Below are positions 19,333 to 28,090 of a stretch of 34,138 nt of DNA, in pieces. The stretch lies in assembly GCA_900313645.1 (NCBI GenBank), contig OMSA01000005.1:1-34138 (forward strand), given 5' to 3'. The position numbers were made by a program, and so were the translations under genes. This stretch comes from an uncultured Methanobrevibacter sp. Its GTDB lineage: Archaea > Methanobacteriota > Methanobacteria > Methanobacteriales > Methanobacteriaceae. A model generated the notes under the pieces. That model saw nothing but the letters and a program-made list of their open reading frames with translations, was not told the origin of the DNA and did no database searches. Position 1 is the stretch's first letter, and each line of letters begins with the position of its first letter.

Positions 19333-20277
19333 CTACTGATAGAAAATTTTATCCGGTGATAGAGGTTGTTTTAAAACACCTAAATCAACTTCCAAATCCA
19401 TGAAGTCCAAAATATCTTGTTTGTAAGAATCATCCAAACCTGATAGGAATGGGAAACTTTCTAAAGAATCTGCTTCAGTATCTTTGTTTGAAACAATATC
19501 AGCCGGAAGCAAATCAACAACTTCGCTTGTTTTGCCTTCAGCAATCTTATCATTTATGAAATCTGTCGCATTTTCATGAATTTTCAAGATTGTTTGGGTT
19601 TCATTCGGATGCTCATCAATGAACTTATCAGAAGCCACAACAACACAACATGGGTGGTTTGGCAATATATCAGCTGAGTCAGCCAACAGATTAGCGCCAT
19701 TTGCGGTAGCTATGCTTACATATGGTTCAAATGTAATCATACCGTCAATGTTTTTGGTTTTTAAAGCATCATTCATTGATGGAACTTTCATTGCTGAAAC
19801 TTTCAAATCATCAACAGACATTCCATTTTGTTTTAAGTAATATTGGAGTAACATATATTGAATTGAAGCTTCACCTGGTGTTGCTATTTTTTTACCAGCC
19901 AAATCACTGGCTGAACTGATTCCTGAATCACTAGCTACAACAATACCTGATCCTTCGACCTGTGCAGCGGAAATAACTTTGACTGGAACTCCACTTGAAA
20001 TTGAAGACAAAACAGGAGTAATACCGACATAACCGATGTCAACATCCCCACTTGCCATAGCAGTCATTAAATCTCCACCATTGTTGAACTGAACTAATTT
20101 AGTATTAATGCCATTTTCTTGGAATTTACCTTGAGCATCAGCAACAAATAATGCCGCATCGTGGTCGGAAGGCAAATATCCGATAGTAACTGTATCGCTG
20201 GAACTATTCAATAAAAACGCTCCGGCAATTACTACAACAATAACTGCAATGATTACTGCGATAATTTTATTATCCAT
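19333..20277 (-). CDS. ABC transporter substrate-binding protein, NitT/TauT type, paralog 2
   Basis: Long stretches identical to paralog 1; N-terminal hydrophobic anchor; ATG 20277 with GGTGA RBS. Confidence 0.92.
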   Translation of the reverse strand: MDNKIIAVIIAVIVVVIAGAFLLNSSSDTVTIGYLPSDHDAALFVADAQGKFQENGINTKLVQFNNGGDLMTAMASGDVDIGYVGITPVLSSISSGVPVKVISAAQVEGSGIVVASDSGISSASDLAGKKIATPGEASIQYMLLQYYLKQNGMSVDDLKVSAMKVPSMNDALKTKNIDGMITFEPYVSIATANGANLLADSADILPNHPCCVVVASDKFIDEHPNETQTILKIHENATDFINDKIAEGKTSEVVDLLPADIVSNKDTEADSLESFPFLSGLDDSYKQDILDFMDLEVDLGVLKQPLSPDKIFYQ

Positions 20278-20343
20278 TTTTATCACCAAACTATAATTAG
20301 TCAATCACTATTATAAAGGTTTTGGAAAGTGTATGGAAATTTA

Positions 20344-20544
20344 CTATCCCCCATATATGATTTGAACCAAATTAATTTCATCTCCGTCTTCTATTACACT
20401 TTCTTCTATTGTTAACTCGCCATTTTGCTTTGCAACCGTGGTTTGAGCGGATAGGCCCAAATCATCCAATAGATTCTGCACAGTATAATTTTCTTTCAAG
20501 TCGCGTTTTTCATAAATATTTTTATATCTTAAATGGAATTCCAT
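20344..20544 (-). CDS. Ubiquitin-like sulfur carrier (ThiS/MoaD/SAMP family)
   Basis: 66 aa beta-grasp pattern ending in DGDEINLVQIIYGG with C-terminal Gly-Gly; GGTGA RBS. Confidence 0.92.
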   Translation of the reverse strand: MEFHLRYKNIYEKRDLKENYTVQNLLDDLGLSAQTTVAKQNGELTIEESVIEDGDEINLVQIIYGG

Positions 20545-20560
20545 CAAATCACCTATTAAT

Positions 20561-20575
20561 TAACAATTGTTATAT
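20561..20575. promoter_or_regulatory. Palindromic operator candidate, copy 3
   Basis: TAACAATTGTTA-TAT between the TATA-like box (~20589-20595) and the RBS of the ThiS/MoaD gene. Confidence 0.72.
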
Positions 20576-20726
20576 GTTTTTTTCGTGATTTAAATATTTC
20601 TATTTTTGAAAAGAAATTTTTAACAATGCCCTAAAATTAACAATTACAAATTGGAAATAAACCTAAAAAACCAATACAAAAATTAAAAAGATAAAGTATT
20701 TATATGTTAAGAAATAACCTTAATTT

Positions 20727-20945
20727 ATGGAAAAAATAACTATTGTTATATAGTTTAGATTTCCAAAGGATTTCTATTTTTTCCATTATCTCGGGCAATA
20801 TTAAGAAATAAAACATTAAACCGTTTTATTATCTTCAAAACATTAATTATAAAATTTAGATTATCAATGAGACCATGTTAAACTCCTTAAGGTACATCTA
20901 ATCCATTTACTCATTGATAATGAAGAGCATCATTCTGATGCTCTT
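20727..20945 (+). ncRNA. Candidate structured non-coding RNA (four consecutive hairpins)
   Basis: Perfect 12-bp, bulged 12-bp, perfect 12-bp and perfect 10-bp stems in tandem; begins ~25 bp after AAAGTA-TTTATAT (BRE/TATA). Confidence 0.55.
20737..20751. promoter_or_regulatory. Palindromic operator candidate, copy 4
   Basis: TAACTATTGTTA-TAT, one mismatch to consensus, just downstream of the predicted plus-strand start site. Confidence 0.6.
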
Positions 20946-20980
20946 AACTATTTAAACAACTGAATATAAAGATAGATACA

Positions 20981-21991
20981 ATGAACTTGGAAGATAAGAT
21001 TAATATTGTCAAAGATATTCTGAAAGATGAAAAAGTGGCAATCGGTTTTTCAGGCGGTGCTGATTCAACACTGATAGCTTACCTTGCTTCAAAGGTTGCA
21101 AAAGACGTTCTGGCCATTACTATCGACAATCACATTATGCCGACCGGTTTTATTGAAAATACCCGCAAGGCTGCCGAATCATTCGGGATAACACATGAAG
21201 TAATCGACATTAATTTTTACGATGATGAATATTTTCTTAAAAACGATTCAAAAAGATGTTATACCTGCAGAAACCTGATGTATGACGAAATTGAAAAATT
21301 AGCTCATAAAAAAGGTTTTGATTTCATTTGTGACGGAAACAACATCAGTGACCTTGTTATTGACAGGCCGGGAATTCTTGTAACTTACAAAAAAGGATTT
21401 AAAACCCCTTTCATTGAGGCCAAATTAACATCAAAAGAGATTCATGAATATCTCAAAAGCAAAAACATTCCCTATTCAAGATCAACCACATGTCTTGCAA
21501 CCAGAATTCCAACCGATACCCAAACAACTGCTGATAAAATCAGCCGCATCAGCAAATCTGAGGACTATATCCTGCACAACACCACATGTGAGATTGTTAA
21601 AGTTAGGGATTTGGGAAAATATGCAATAGTTGAAGTCGATGATGTGGATGCGATTTTAAAAGATGATAAATATGGTAAAATCAATGCTGATCTAAAAAAA
21701 CATGGATTTGGAAGTGTTGCGCTGAATCTAGCTGAACTTGACGACGATGAATACATTGCCATCGATTATGATGACGGTTCCTTCAGCTACCAACTGCCAT
21801 TTACAATCAACATAGAAAATACAAAAGAACAGATTACAAGTAAAATTTTAAAAGAAAGCAATGATAAAATAAAACTAGAAAACATTACCATTTATGAAAA
21901 TGGACTGATTGAAGGAAACGATTTTAAAACTTATGAAGATGCACTCTATAACTTTATGGACACACTTGCAAAATTAAGAAGAAATATTTAG
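20981..21991 (+). CDS. LarE-like PP-loop ATP-dependent sulfur transferase with CxxC...C triad and C-terminal extension
   Basis: FSGGADS PP-loop, RCYTCR, DGNNISD...RPG, TTCLATRIP and VRD. Confidence 0.88.
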   Translation: MNLEDKINIVKDILKDEKVAIGFSGGADSTLIAYLASKVAKDVLAITIDNHIMPTGFIENTRKAAESFGITHEVIDINFYDDEYFLKNDSKRCYTCRNLMYDEIEKLAHKKGFDFICDGNNISDLVIDRPGILVTYKKGFKTPFIEAKLTSKEIHEYLKSKNIPYSRSTTCLATRIPTDTQTTADKISRISKSEDYILHNTTCEIVKVRDLGKYAIVEVDDVDAILKDDKYGKINADLKKHGFGSVALNLAELDDDEYIAIDYDDGSFSYQLPFTINIENTKEQITSKILKESNDKIKLENITIYENGLIEGNDFKTYEDALYNFMDTLAKLRRNI

Positions 21992-22000
21992 GTGAAAGAT

Positions 22001-22756
22001 ATGCCGACAAGATACATTGGTGACGGATACTGGGAAATAGCTTCCCGTCAAATGAGTATAGTAACTAGAAGCGAACAGGAAAGATTTAAAGATGCTAAAA
22101 TAACAGTCATAGGCTGTGGCGGAATCGGTGGAGAAACCATTGAAATGCTTGCAAGAATGGGTATTGGAGAACTTGTTTTAGTTGATAAGGATGCATTCGA
22201 CTTGTCTAACTTAAACCGCCAGACATTAGCGACAATCAGCGATTTAGGTCTTGATAAAAGTGCAGTTGCTGCTGAAAAAGTAAGATTAATAAACCCGTAT
22301 GTCAAAGTCACCACATTCAATGAGCATATTGACCAGAGCAATATTGACAAGGTGATTGGAGACTCCGATATCGTTATTGATGCGCTTGACAATGTCCTGA
22401 CAAGAGTTATAGTGTCCAGAAAAGCAACAGAAAAAGGCATTCCATATGTCCACGGTGCAATTCACGGAACCCTTGGACAAATCACAGTATTTCTTCCAAA
22501 CGAAGGCAAGACATATGAGGAAATGTTTAACCTTCCTTCATTAGGAAAAGACTTAAATGATGAGACTATTGAGGCTCTAAAAAATGTGACTTCAGGCGTT
22601 CCACCGGTCATCGGACCCACTCCGAATTTAATAGGATGTCTGGAAGCATTTGAAGCCTATAAAATAATTACCGGAGTCGGCAAAGTAACCGTCGCTCCAA
22701 AAATATTGACATTTGACTTACTCGATTTAAGTTCATTTTCACTGGATGAACTTTAA
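22001..22756 (+). CDS. ThiF/MoeB/E1-like adenylyltransferase
   Basis: SRQ, VIGCGGIG, DKDAFDLSNLNRQ and DALDN; ATG 22001 follows AGGTGA. Confidence 0.93.
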   Translation: MPTRYIGDGYWEIASRQMSIVTRSEQERFKDAKITVIGCGGIGGETIEMLARMGIGELVLVDKDAFDLSNLNRQTLATISDLGLDKSAVAAEKVRLINPYVKVTTFNEHIDQSNIDKVIGDSDIVIDALDNVLTRVIVSRKATEKGIPYVHGAIHGTLGQITVFLPNEGKTYEEMFNLPSLGKDLNDETIEALKNVTSGVPPVIGPTPNLIGCLEAFEAYKIITGVGKVTVAPKILTFDLLDLSSFSLDEL

Positions 22757-22761
22757 ATCAT

Positions 22762-23592
22762 CTATTTTTTTAAATTTACTCGTTCAGGTGCAGTATAGAC
22801 TGTAAATCTGTTGTCTCTTACAAAACCAATTACCGTAATGTTTCCGGACCTTGCAACGTCAAGACCTGATGATGCAGGGGCGGCATTTGATATAATTATT
22901 GGAATTCCAACGCGGATTACCTTTATCAGCATATCTGCAGGCATTCTTCCGCTATAAGATATGTAACACTTTGAAAAATCAAACCCTTTCCTTGCAGCAG
23001 CACCGATTACCTTATCAACTGCAACATGACGGCTTACATCTTCACGTATGATTATCTCATCCTCGTATTTCAGTTGTGCGACATGTACTCCCGCTGTCTT
23101 TTGCCAGATTTTTGCTTCATCAGTCAAATGCCTGATATCCTTTATAATTTGAGTTGCATTAATTGTTAAATTGGAGGTACTGGGCTTGATTGTTTTAAGT
23201 TCAGATCTTATTCCTCCAGCATTGTCCGAATTGACTCCCTGATATTCCAGAAGCCTGCAAACGCATGCATGTTCACAGTTTCCCTTTCTCTTTTGAACTA
23301 TCCCTTCTTGTTCGAGGTCTTCTTCAGGGTCATGTGAGAGTTTTGTTGAAATAAGTACGTTTGTTCCGTCCAGTTTGATTGATTCAATGTCAATGAAATC
23401 CTTTATCAATCCTTCTCCAAGACAATACCCTACTGCAAAATCCTCTAAATCCTTTGGATAAGTTGAAAATTTTCTTGGAGGCAAATAATCAATGAATAAG
23501 TAAGTATATTCATCATCAACAGTGTTTTCCACGATGGTTTTTACTTCACCATCCTCCCATCGGATTACTTCGCTCTGTCTTAAAAAATCCAT
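22762..23592 (-). CDS. fdhD: FdhD-family sulfurtransferase (formate dehydrogenase accessory protein)
   Basis: PKDLEDFAVGYCLGEG, TAGVH, EDVSRHVAVDKVIG, SGR and GFVR. Confidence 0.92.
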   Translation of the reverse strand: MDFLRQSEVIRWEDGEVKTIVENTVDDEYTYLFIDYLPPRKFSTYPKDLEDFAVGYCLGEGLIKDFIDIESIKLDGTNVLISTKLSHDPEEDLEQEGIVQKRKGNCEHACVCRLLEYQGVNSDNAGGIRSELKTIKPSTSNLTINATQIIKDIRHLTDEAKIWQKTAGVHVAQLKYEDEIIIREDVSRHVAVDKVIGAAARKGFDFSKCYISYSGRMPADMLIKVIRVGIPIIISNAAPASSGLDVARSGNITVIGFVRDNRFTVYTAPERVNLKK

Positions 23593-23615
23593 TCTAACAC
23601 CTATAGGAATATTTT

Positions 23616-23630
23616 TAACAATTGTTATAT
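23616..23630. promoter_or_regulatory. Palindromic operator candidate, copy 5
   Basis: TAACAATTGTTA-TAT abutting the minus-strand TTTAAATA (23628-23635) upstream of fdhD. Confidence 0.72.
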
Positions 23631-23660
23631 TTAAATTTTAGAAAACTGTCAAACAAATTA

Positions 23661-23698
23661 TAAAAAATAATAAAAAAAGAAAGCTCAAAATGAGCTTT
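23661..23698 (-). terminator. purA terminator
   Basis: AAAGCTCA-AAA-TGAGCTTT hairpin (23680-23698) followed by T runs on the minus strand. Confidence 0.7.
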
Positions 23699-23702
23699 AG
23701 AA

Positions 23703-24722
23703 TTATAACAATTCACTTCTTAAATCAATTGTGTCTTTTAAGTCCGGTCCGGTAGAAATAATAGTGACCGGTACGCCGGTTTCTGTTTGAATGTCTTCAA
23801 TGAAAGCTTTAGTTTCAGGGGAAAGCTCATCATAGTCCTGTACACGGGCACAGTCAAACAGTCTGTCCACACAAGTCAAAGCGATTTGGGTTGCACCGTT
23901 GATTCTGCATGACTCTTTTGCAAGTTCCATGTCGAAGTAACCTATTCTTCTACGTCTTCCGGTTACAACACCATACTCTTCAAGGCCTTTGCTTTCAGCT
24001 TCTTCCTGTGTCATTTCTGTTGGGAAAGGTCCTTCTCCAACACGTGAAATGTATGCTTTAAATACATCAATGACTTCATCTACTTTAGTTGGTCCTACAC
24101 CCACATCAGCAGCGAATGTTGATGCAGTGGTGTCTTTACTTGTTACATACGGATAAGTTCCATAGTAAAGTGAAAGAGCAAAACCTTGTGATCCTTCAAT
24201 GAATACTTCTTCACCATTATCAATAGCTTCATTACAAGCAAGTGATACGTCGGTTAAATATTCTTCAAGTTCTGGAGTGTCTTTTGCTAATTTAATAGTT
24301 CTTAATACTCTGTCTGAATTTGCAGGTCCGCATCCGGAACCTGTACTTCCTATTTTTTTAGCAAGGTGTTCTGAACTTACATCCCTATCCATGTGCTCCT
24401 GTGAAATAATAGCACATCTAGGGTCAACACACATTCTTTCTTTTACGTTATACTTTTTTAAGTTTTCAAATTCATTAAATAATACATCTGGATTTACTAA
24501 AACTCCTGCACCTATCATGAGTTTAGCATCAGTATGTACAAAACCGGATGGGGTCAGTCTTAAACCATATTTTTCTCCGTTAAATTCAACGGAATGTCCT
24601 GCATTTGGTCCAACACCTGCACGAGCTATAATATCTGGTTTATCAGTGTCACAAAGGTAAGTAATACATTTTCCTTTACCTTCATCACCCCATGCTCCGC
24701 CAACTAAAATACTACAAGTCAT
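23703..24722 (-). CDS. purA: Adenylosuccinate synthetase (short archaeal form)
   Basis: [33 protein letters not shown] and TGRRRR. Confidence 0.98.
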   Translation of the reverse strand: MTCSILVGGAWGDEGKGKCITYLCDTDKPDIIARAGVGPNAGHSVEFNGEKYGLRLTPSGFVHTDAKLMIGAGVLVNPDVLFNEFENLKKYNVKERMCVDPRCAIISQEHMDRDVSSEHLAKKIGSTGSGCGPANSDRVLRTIKLAKDTPELEEYLTDVSLACNEAIDNGEEVFIEGSQGFALSLYYGTYPYVTSKDTTASTFAADVGVGPTKVDEVIDVFKAYISRVGEGPFPTEMTQEEAESKGLEEYGVVTGRRRRIGYFDMELAKESCRINGATQIALTCVDRLFDCARVQDYDELSPETKAFIEDIQTETGVPVTIISTGPDLKDTIDLRSELL

Positions 24723-24964
24723 CTAATAACTCCTTAAATATTAATAATTGAAAATTATCAAAAATTTTCATAACAATAATATTATATAATTTATATTTAA
24801 AAAGCTTTTTGAAAATAAAGTCAAAATTAAAATTTCTCTAAAATCCAAAGCCACATTATATTAAAATTAGCTTTAATAATTTGATGGGCAGCTATAAAAA
24901 AAGTAATTTGAATGCCTGTTAAATGATTTTTTTAACGGCACAATTTAAAATATAATTAAAATAT

Positions 24965-25555
24965 TTATTTCTTATACATCAAAGGATGATTTTCACACAT
25001 TGGGTCCTTGATGATATTTCTCTTCAGATGATAATTTAAAAAGTAAAGCATCCACTGATTTGAAAGCTCACGCAAAGATGCATCATCAAGTCTTTCAAAA
25101 GGAGAGAAGAAATCCATCTGGTTTGCACCGACGGCAAATGCAATTTCCTTTGTTTCCACCAGCATGAAAAAATCATTTCTGATATTGTGAATGTCAAAGT
25201 CTTCAACAACTGAAACCGTTTTTTCACTTTTATAGTTGTAGAAAAAAGTATTCAAGTACTCAAAATCGATAAATTTAATATCCTGAACGTCAAATAAGAC
25301 CTCTTCACTCAGCAACTGATGCTTATAGTTGTATTTTGATAAAAAGTCAATATCCCAAATATCATTATAAAAGACTGTAAAAAATGAATCTTCAGCAAAA
25401 CGAACTGTCAATGACATTTCATCATTGGATTTTGGAGTTCCAAGTTCAACATCCTTGAATTCCAAATAGATTGAATCCTGAGCCATTTCTATTGAAGTCC
25501 ATTTACCTGAATTAATAATAACATCCCTGATTAATTTTAAAGATCTTGTATTCAT
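24965..25555 (-). CDS. Hypothetical protein
   Basis: 196 aa ORF; ATGA overlap with the upstream gene. Confidence 0.8.
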   Translation of the reverse strand: MNTRSLKLIRDVIINSGKWTSIEMAQDSIYLEFKDVELGTPKSNDEMSLTVRFAEDSFFTVFYNDIWDIDFLSKYNYKHQLLSEEVLFDVQDIKFIDFEYLNTFFYNYKSEKTVSVVEDFDIHNIRNDFFMLVETKEIAFAVGANQMDFFSPFERLDDASLRELSNQWMLYFLNYHLKRNIIKDPMCENHPLMYKK

Positions 25556-26148
25556 TCCAACACCTTACCGGCAGTATATGCATCATATGCCCCTTCAATC
25601 TCATATTCCTTTTCATCGCTGTAGGATTTGTCCCATACAAATGGGGAAATTTCAATTTGGTTGTTGACTGTCTCATCCCAATTAATGGTGAAATCCTGAT
25701 TTTTCAAATATGCAGAAACAGTTTTTCCAATCTCCAAAGCTTTATCCTCATTATTTTCAAAATCGCCGAAAGTGATTTTCAAATTTCCATCGAATATTGC
25801 ATCTTCAACGTCCTCAAAGGTATAAAAGCAAAACCCCTCTGCTGTAAACTTATTGTTTAACAGGTGAACCTGGAGTTCAAACGCGTCATTAACGCCTTCC
25901 TCAATATCATAGCCGCAGTTGTGGACAGCTACAATATCTTCACCTGCAAGTTCGCTGAAAGCATTTTCCAGTCTAGAGAAATTGTCATTTGATGCATCAT
26001 TTAAGGAAATATCAAATTCAGAAAAGTCAATTTCCTCTTCTATGAACTGATCTTCTAAAATTTCAATGATTTCATCGACAGCAAAGAATCCGGATTTAGT
26101 TAGCAAATCTATCATAAAGTCAATTTCATCAACTAAATCTTGATCCAT
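25552..26148 (-). CDS. Acidic DUF6891-like protein
   Basis: AF..L...DIVAVHNCGY...G, GFCFY...D.E.A, L.ITFG and W pattern (family recalled from memory); ATG 26148 with GGTGA. Confidence 0.7.
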   Translation of the reverse strand: MDQDLVDEIDFMIDLLTKSGFFAVDEIIEILEDQFIEEEIDFSEFDISLNDASNDNFSRLENAFSELAGEDIVAVHNCGYDIEEGVNDAFELQVHLLNNKFTAEGFCFYTFEDVEDAIFDGNLKITFGDFENNEDKALEIGKTVSAYLKNQDFTINWDETVNNQIEISPFVWDKSYSDEKEYEIEGAYDAYTAGKVLE

Positions 26149-26152
26149 GAAT

Positions 26153-26845
26153 TCACCTTTCTTCATCACCAAAAATCAAAAGTCTGGTTACATTTCCTCT
26201 TTCAGTAAAACCAGCCATCACACGAGCTTCACCGATTTTTGCAAGTGCGAAATCATCATGAGGCTTGAATCCATAACCTTTAAGTTTGGTATATGATTCA
26301 AAAGCGATTTTCGGATAAATATTGAAATTCTTCTGGAAAGTATAAAATGTATCTCTGAATTTAACAACAGAATTGTTTTCCTCAATCAAATCTGATTTTA
26401 CAGCAACAAAAATATCCAGTCCATCTTCTGAGCTGGCATAATATCCATCCATATTCAAAAGAGATACGGAAATCATTGCTAAAGTATGGCAGTCATTGTA
26501 ATCTGCGTTGATTACAGGTGATGTGAATTCATTAATCCCAAATTCATCACCGATTGCCTTAATTTCACAGGCAGATTTAATGATGTCTTTTCCAAAAATG
26601 TCTTCATTATCCCATGCCCATGACCACTGTTTAGCTTCAGGCATGTAAAATCCTAAGATTTGAGCAGGCAGTGTAGTGTCTTCAAAGGTGATTGTTCCTT
26701 TTTCAATATCCAAATCGCCAACCACATCGCCGATTAATTCTGATAAATTCTCTTGCTTATCAAGTGCAAGCGCACCATATTTTGATAAAATTACTTTAAA
26801 TGTATCTTCTTGTTCAATAGTTACAGGTTTTTCTATTGTTTTCAA
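26153..26845 (-). CDS. DUF6882-like protein
   Basis: KQ..L, D...G.I.F and QILG.....QWSWAWDN pattern (family recalled from memory); TTG start with AGGTG. Confidence 0.7.
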   Translation of the reverse strand: MKTIEKPVTIEQEDTFKVILSKYGALALDKQENLSELIGDVVGDLDIEKGTITFEDTTLPAQILGFYMPEAKQWSWAWDNEDIFGKDIIKSACEIKAIGDEFGINEFTSPVINADYNDCHTLAMISVSLLNMDGYYASSEDGLDIFVAVKSDLIEENNSVVKFRDTFYTFQKNFNIYPKIAFESYTKLKGYGFKPHDDFALAKIGEARVMAGFTERGNVTRLLIFGDEER

Positions 26846-26854
26846 TTATAACAC

Positions 26855-28090
26855 CTAAAATTCTAATTTTGAAATTCTATCCATAGCTTCTTTAGTATTT
26901 TCCAATGTATTGAATGCAGTGAGTCTCAGATATCCTTCTCCACTAGGACCGAATCCGGAACCAGGAGTTCCAACCACATTTGCCTCATTTAACAATATAT
27001 CAAAGAAGTCCCAGGAATCCATGTTATTTGGAGTCTTTACCCAAATGTAAGGTGAACTTACCCCACCGTAAACTTCAAGACCGATGTCAGTTAAGCTTTC
27101 ACGGATGACCTTTGCATTTTCCATGTAATAGTCAACCACTTCTTTAATCTGTTTTTGGCCTTCAGGAGAGTAAGTAGCTTCAGCAGCCCTCTGTACAGGA
27201 TAGGATGCACCATTGAATTTTGTGGTTTGTCTTCTGTTCCACAACGGGTTGATTTCTACTTCATTACCCTCACTATCATATCCTTTTAATTCTTTAGGAA
27301 CCACTGTGTAAGCACAACGGGTACCGGTAAATCCTGCAGTTTTTGAAAAACTCTTAAATTCGATAGCCACTTCTTTTGCACCTTCAATTTCATAAATACT
27401 GTGAGGCACATTATCTTCTGTGATAAATACTTCATAAGCAGCATCAAATAGGATTATAGCTTTGTTTTCTTTTGCATATTCTACAAATACTTTTAACTGA
27501 TCTTTTGTCAATGTTGTACCTGTAGGGTTATTTGGATAGCATAAATAAATAATGTCAACAGGTTCGGACGGCAAATCCGGAACAAATCCGTTTTCAGCGT
27601 TACATTTAAGGTATGTTAAACCTTCATACATTCCATCGTCACCCATTTCACCGGTTCTTCCAGCCATAACATTTGTATCAACATACACTGTGTAAACCGG
27701 GTCGGTTACTGCAATCTTATTGTCAATACCGAATATTTCCTGAATGTTTCCGGTATCACATTTTGCACCGTCACTGATGAAAACTTCTGAGGTGTCCAAT
27801 GACACTCCGTATTTCTCATAATCGTTTTTAATTATAGCTTCTGCTAAAAATTCGTAACCTTGTTCTGGACCATATCCCATGAATGTTTCTGCATCTGCCA
27901 TTTCATCAACAGCTTTTCTAAATGCATCGATAACTGCTGGCACTAACGGTTTTGTAACATCCCCAATACCCATTTTAATTATGTCTGCATCAGGATGGGC
28001 ATTTCTAAATTCTGTTTCTCTTCTAGCTACTTCAACAAAAAGATAACTGCTTTTTAATTTAAGATAATTCTCATTAATTTTAACAACCAT
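26855..28090 (-). CDS. dapL: LL-diaminopimelate aminotransferase
   Basis: [48 protein letters not shown] and PGSGFG. Confidence 0.97.
   Translation of the reverse strand: MVVKINENYLKLKSSYLFVEVARRETEFRNAHPDADIIKMGIGDVTKPLVPAVIDAFRKAVDEMADAETFMGYGPEQGYEFLAEAIIKNDYEKYGVSLDTSEVFISDGAKCDTGNIQEIFGIDNKIAVTDPVYTVYVDTNVMAGRTGEMGDDGMYEGLTYLKCNAENGFVPDLPSEPVDIIYLCYPNNPTGTTLTKDQLKVFVEYAKENKAIILFDAAYEVFITEDNVPHSIYEIEGAKEVAIEFKSFSKTAGFTGTRCAYTVVPKELKGYDSEGNEVEINPLWNRRQTTKFNGASYPVQRAAEATYSPEGQKQIKEVVDYYMENAKVIRESLTDIGLEVYGGVSSPYIWVKTPNNMDSWDFFDILLNEANVVGTPGSGFGPSGEGYLRLTAFNTLENTKEAMDRISKLEF

Noticed and set aside
20700-20786. 28-codon minus-strand ORF (MEKIEILWKSKLYNNSYFFHKLRLFLNI)
   Set aside because: Weak RBS, and its ATG is part of the stem-1 inverted repeat; not excluded, but RNA structure explains the region better
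20727-20945. Interpretation as CRISPR array, MITE, tRNA or C/D-box sRNA
   Set aside because: The stems differ in sequence, there is no repeat-spacer periodicity, target-site duplication or cloverleaf, and the ATGAAGA/CTGA boxes are too close together and buried in stem 4
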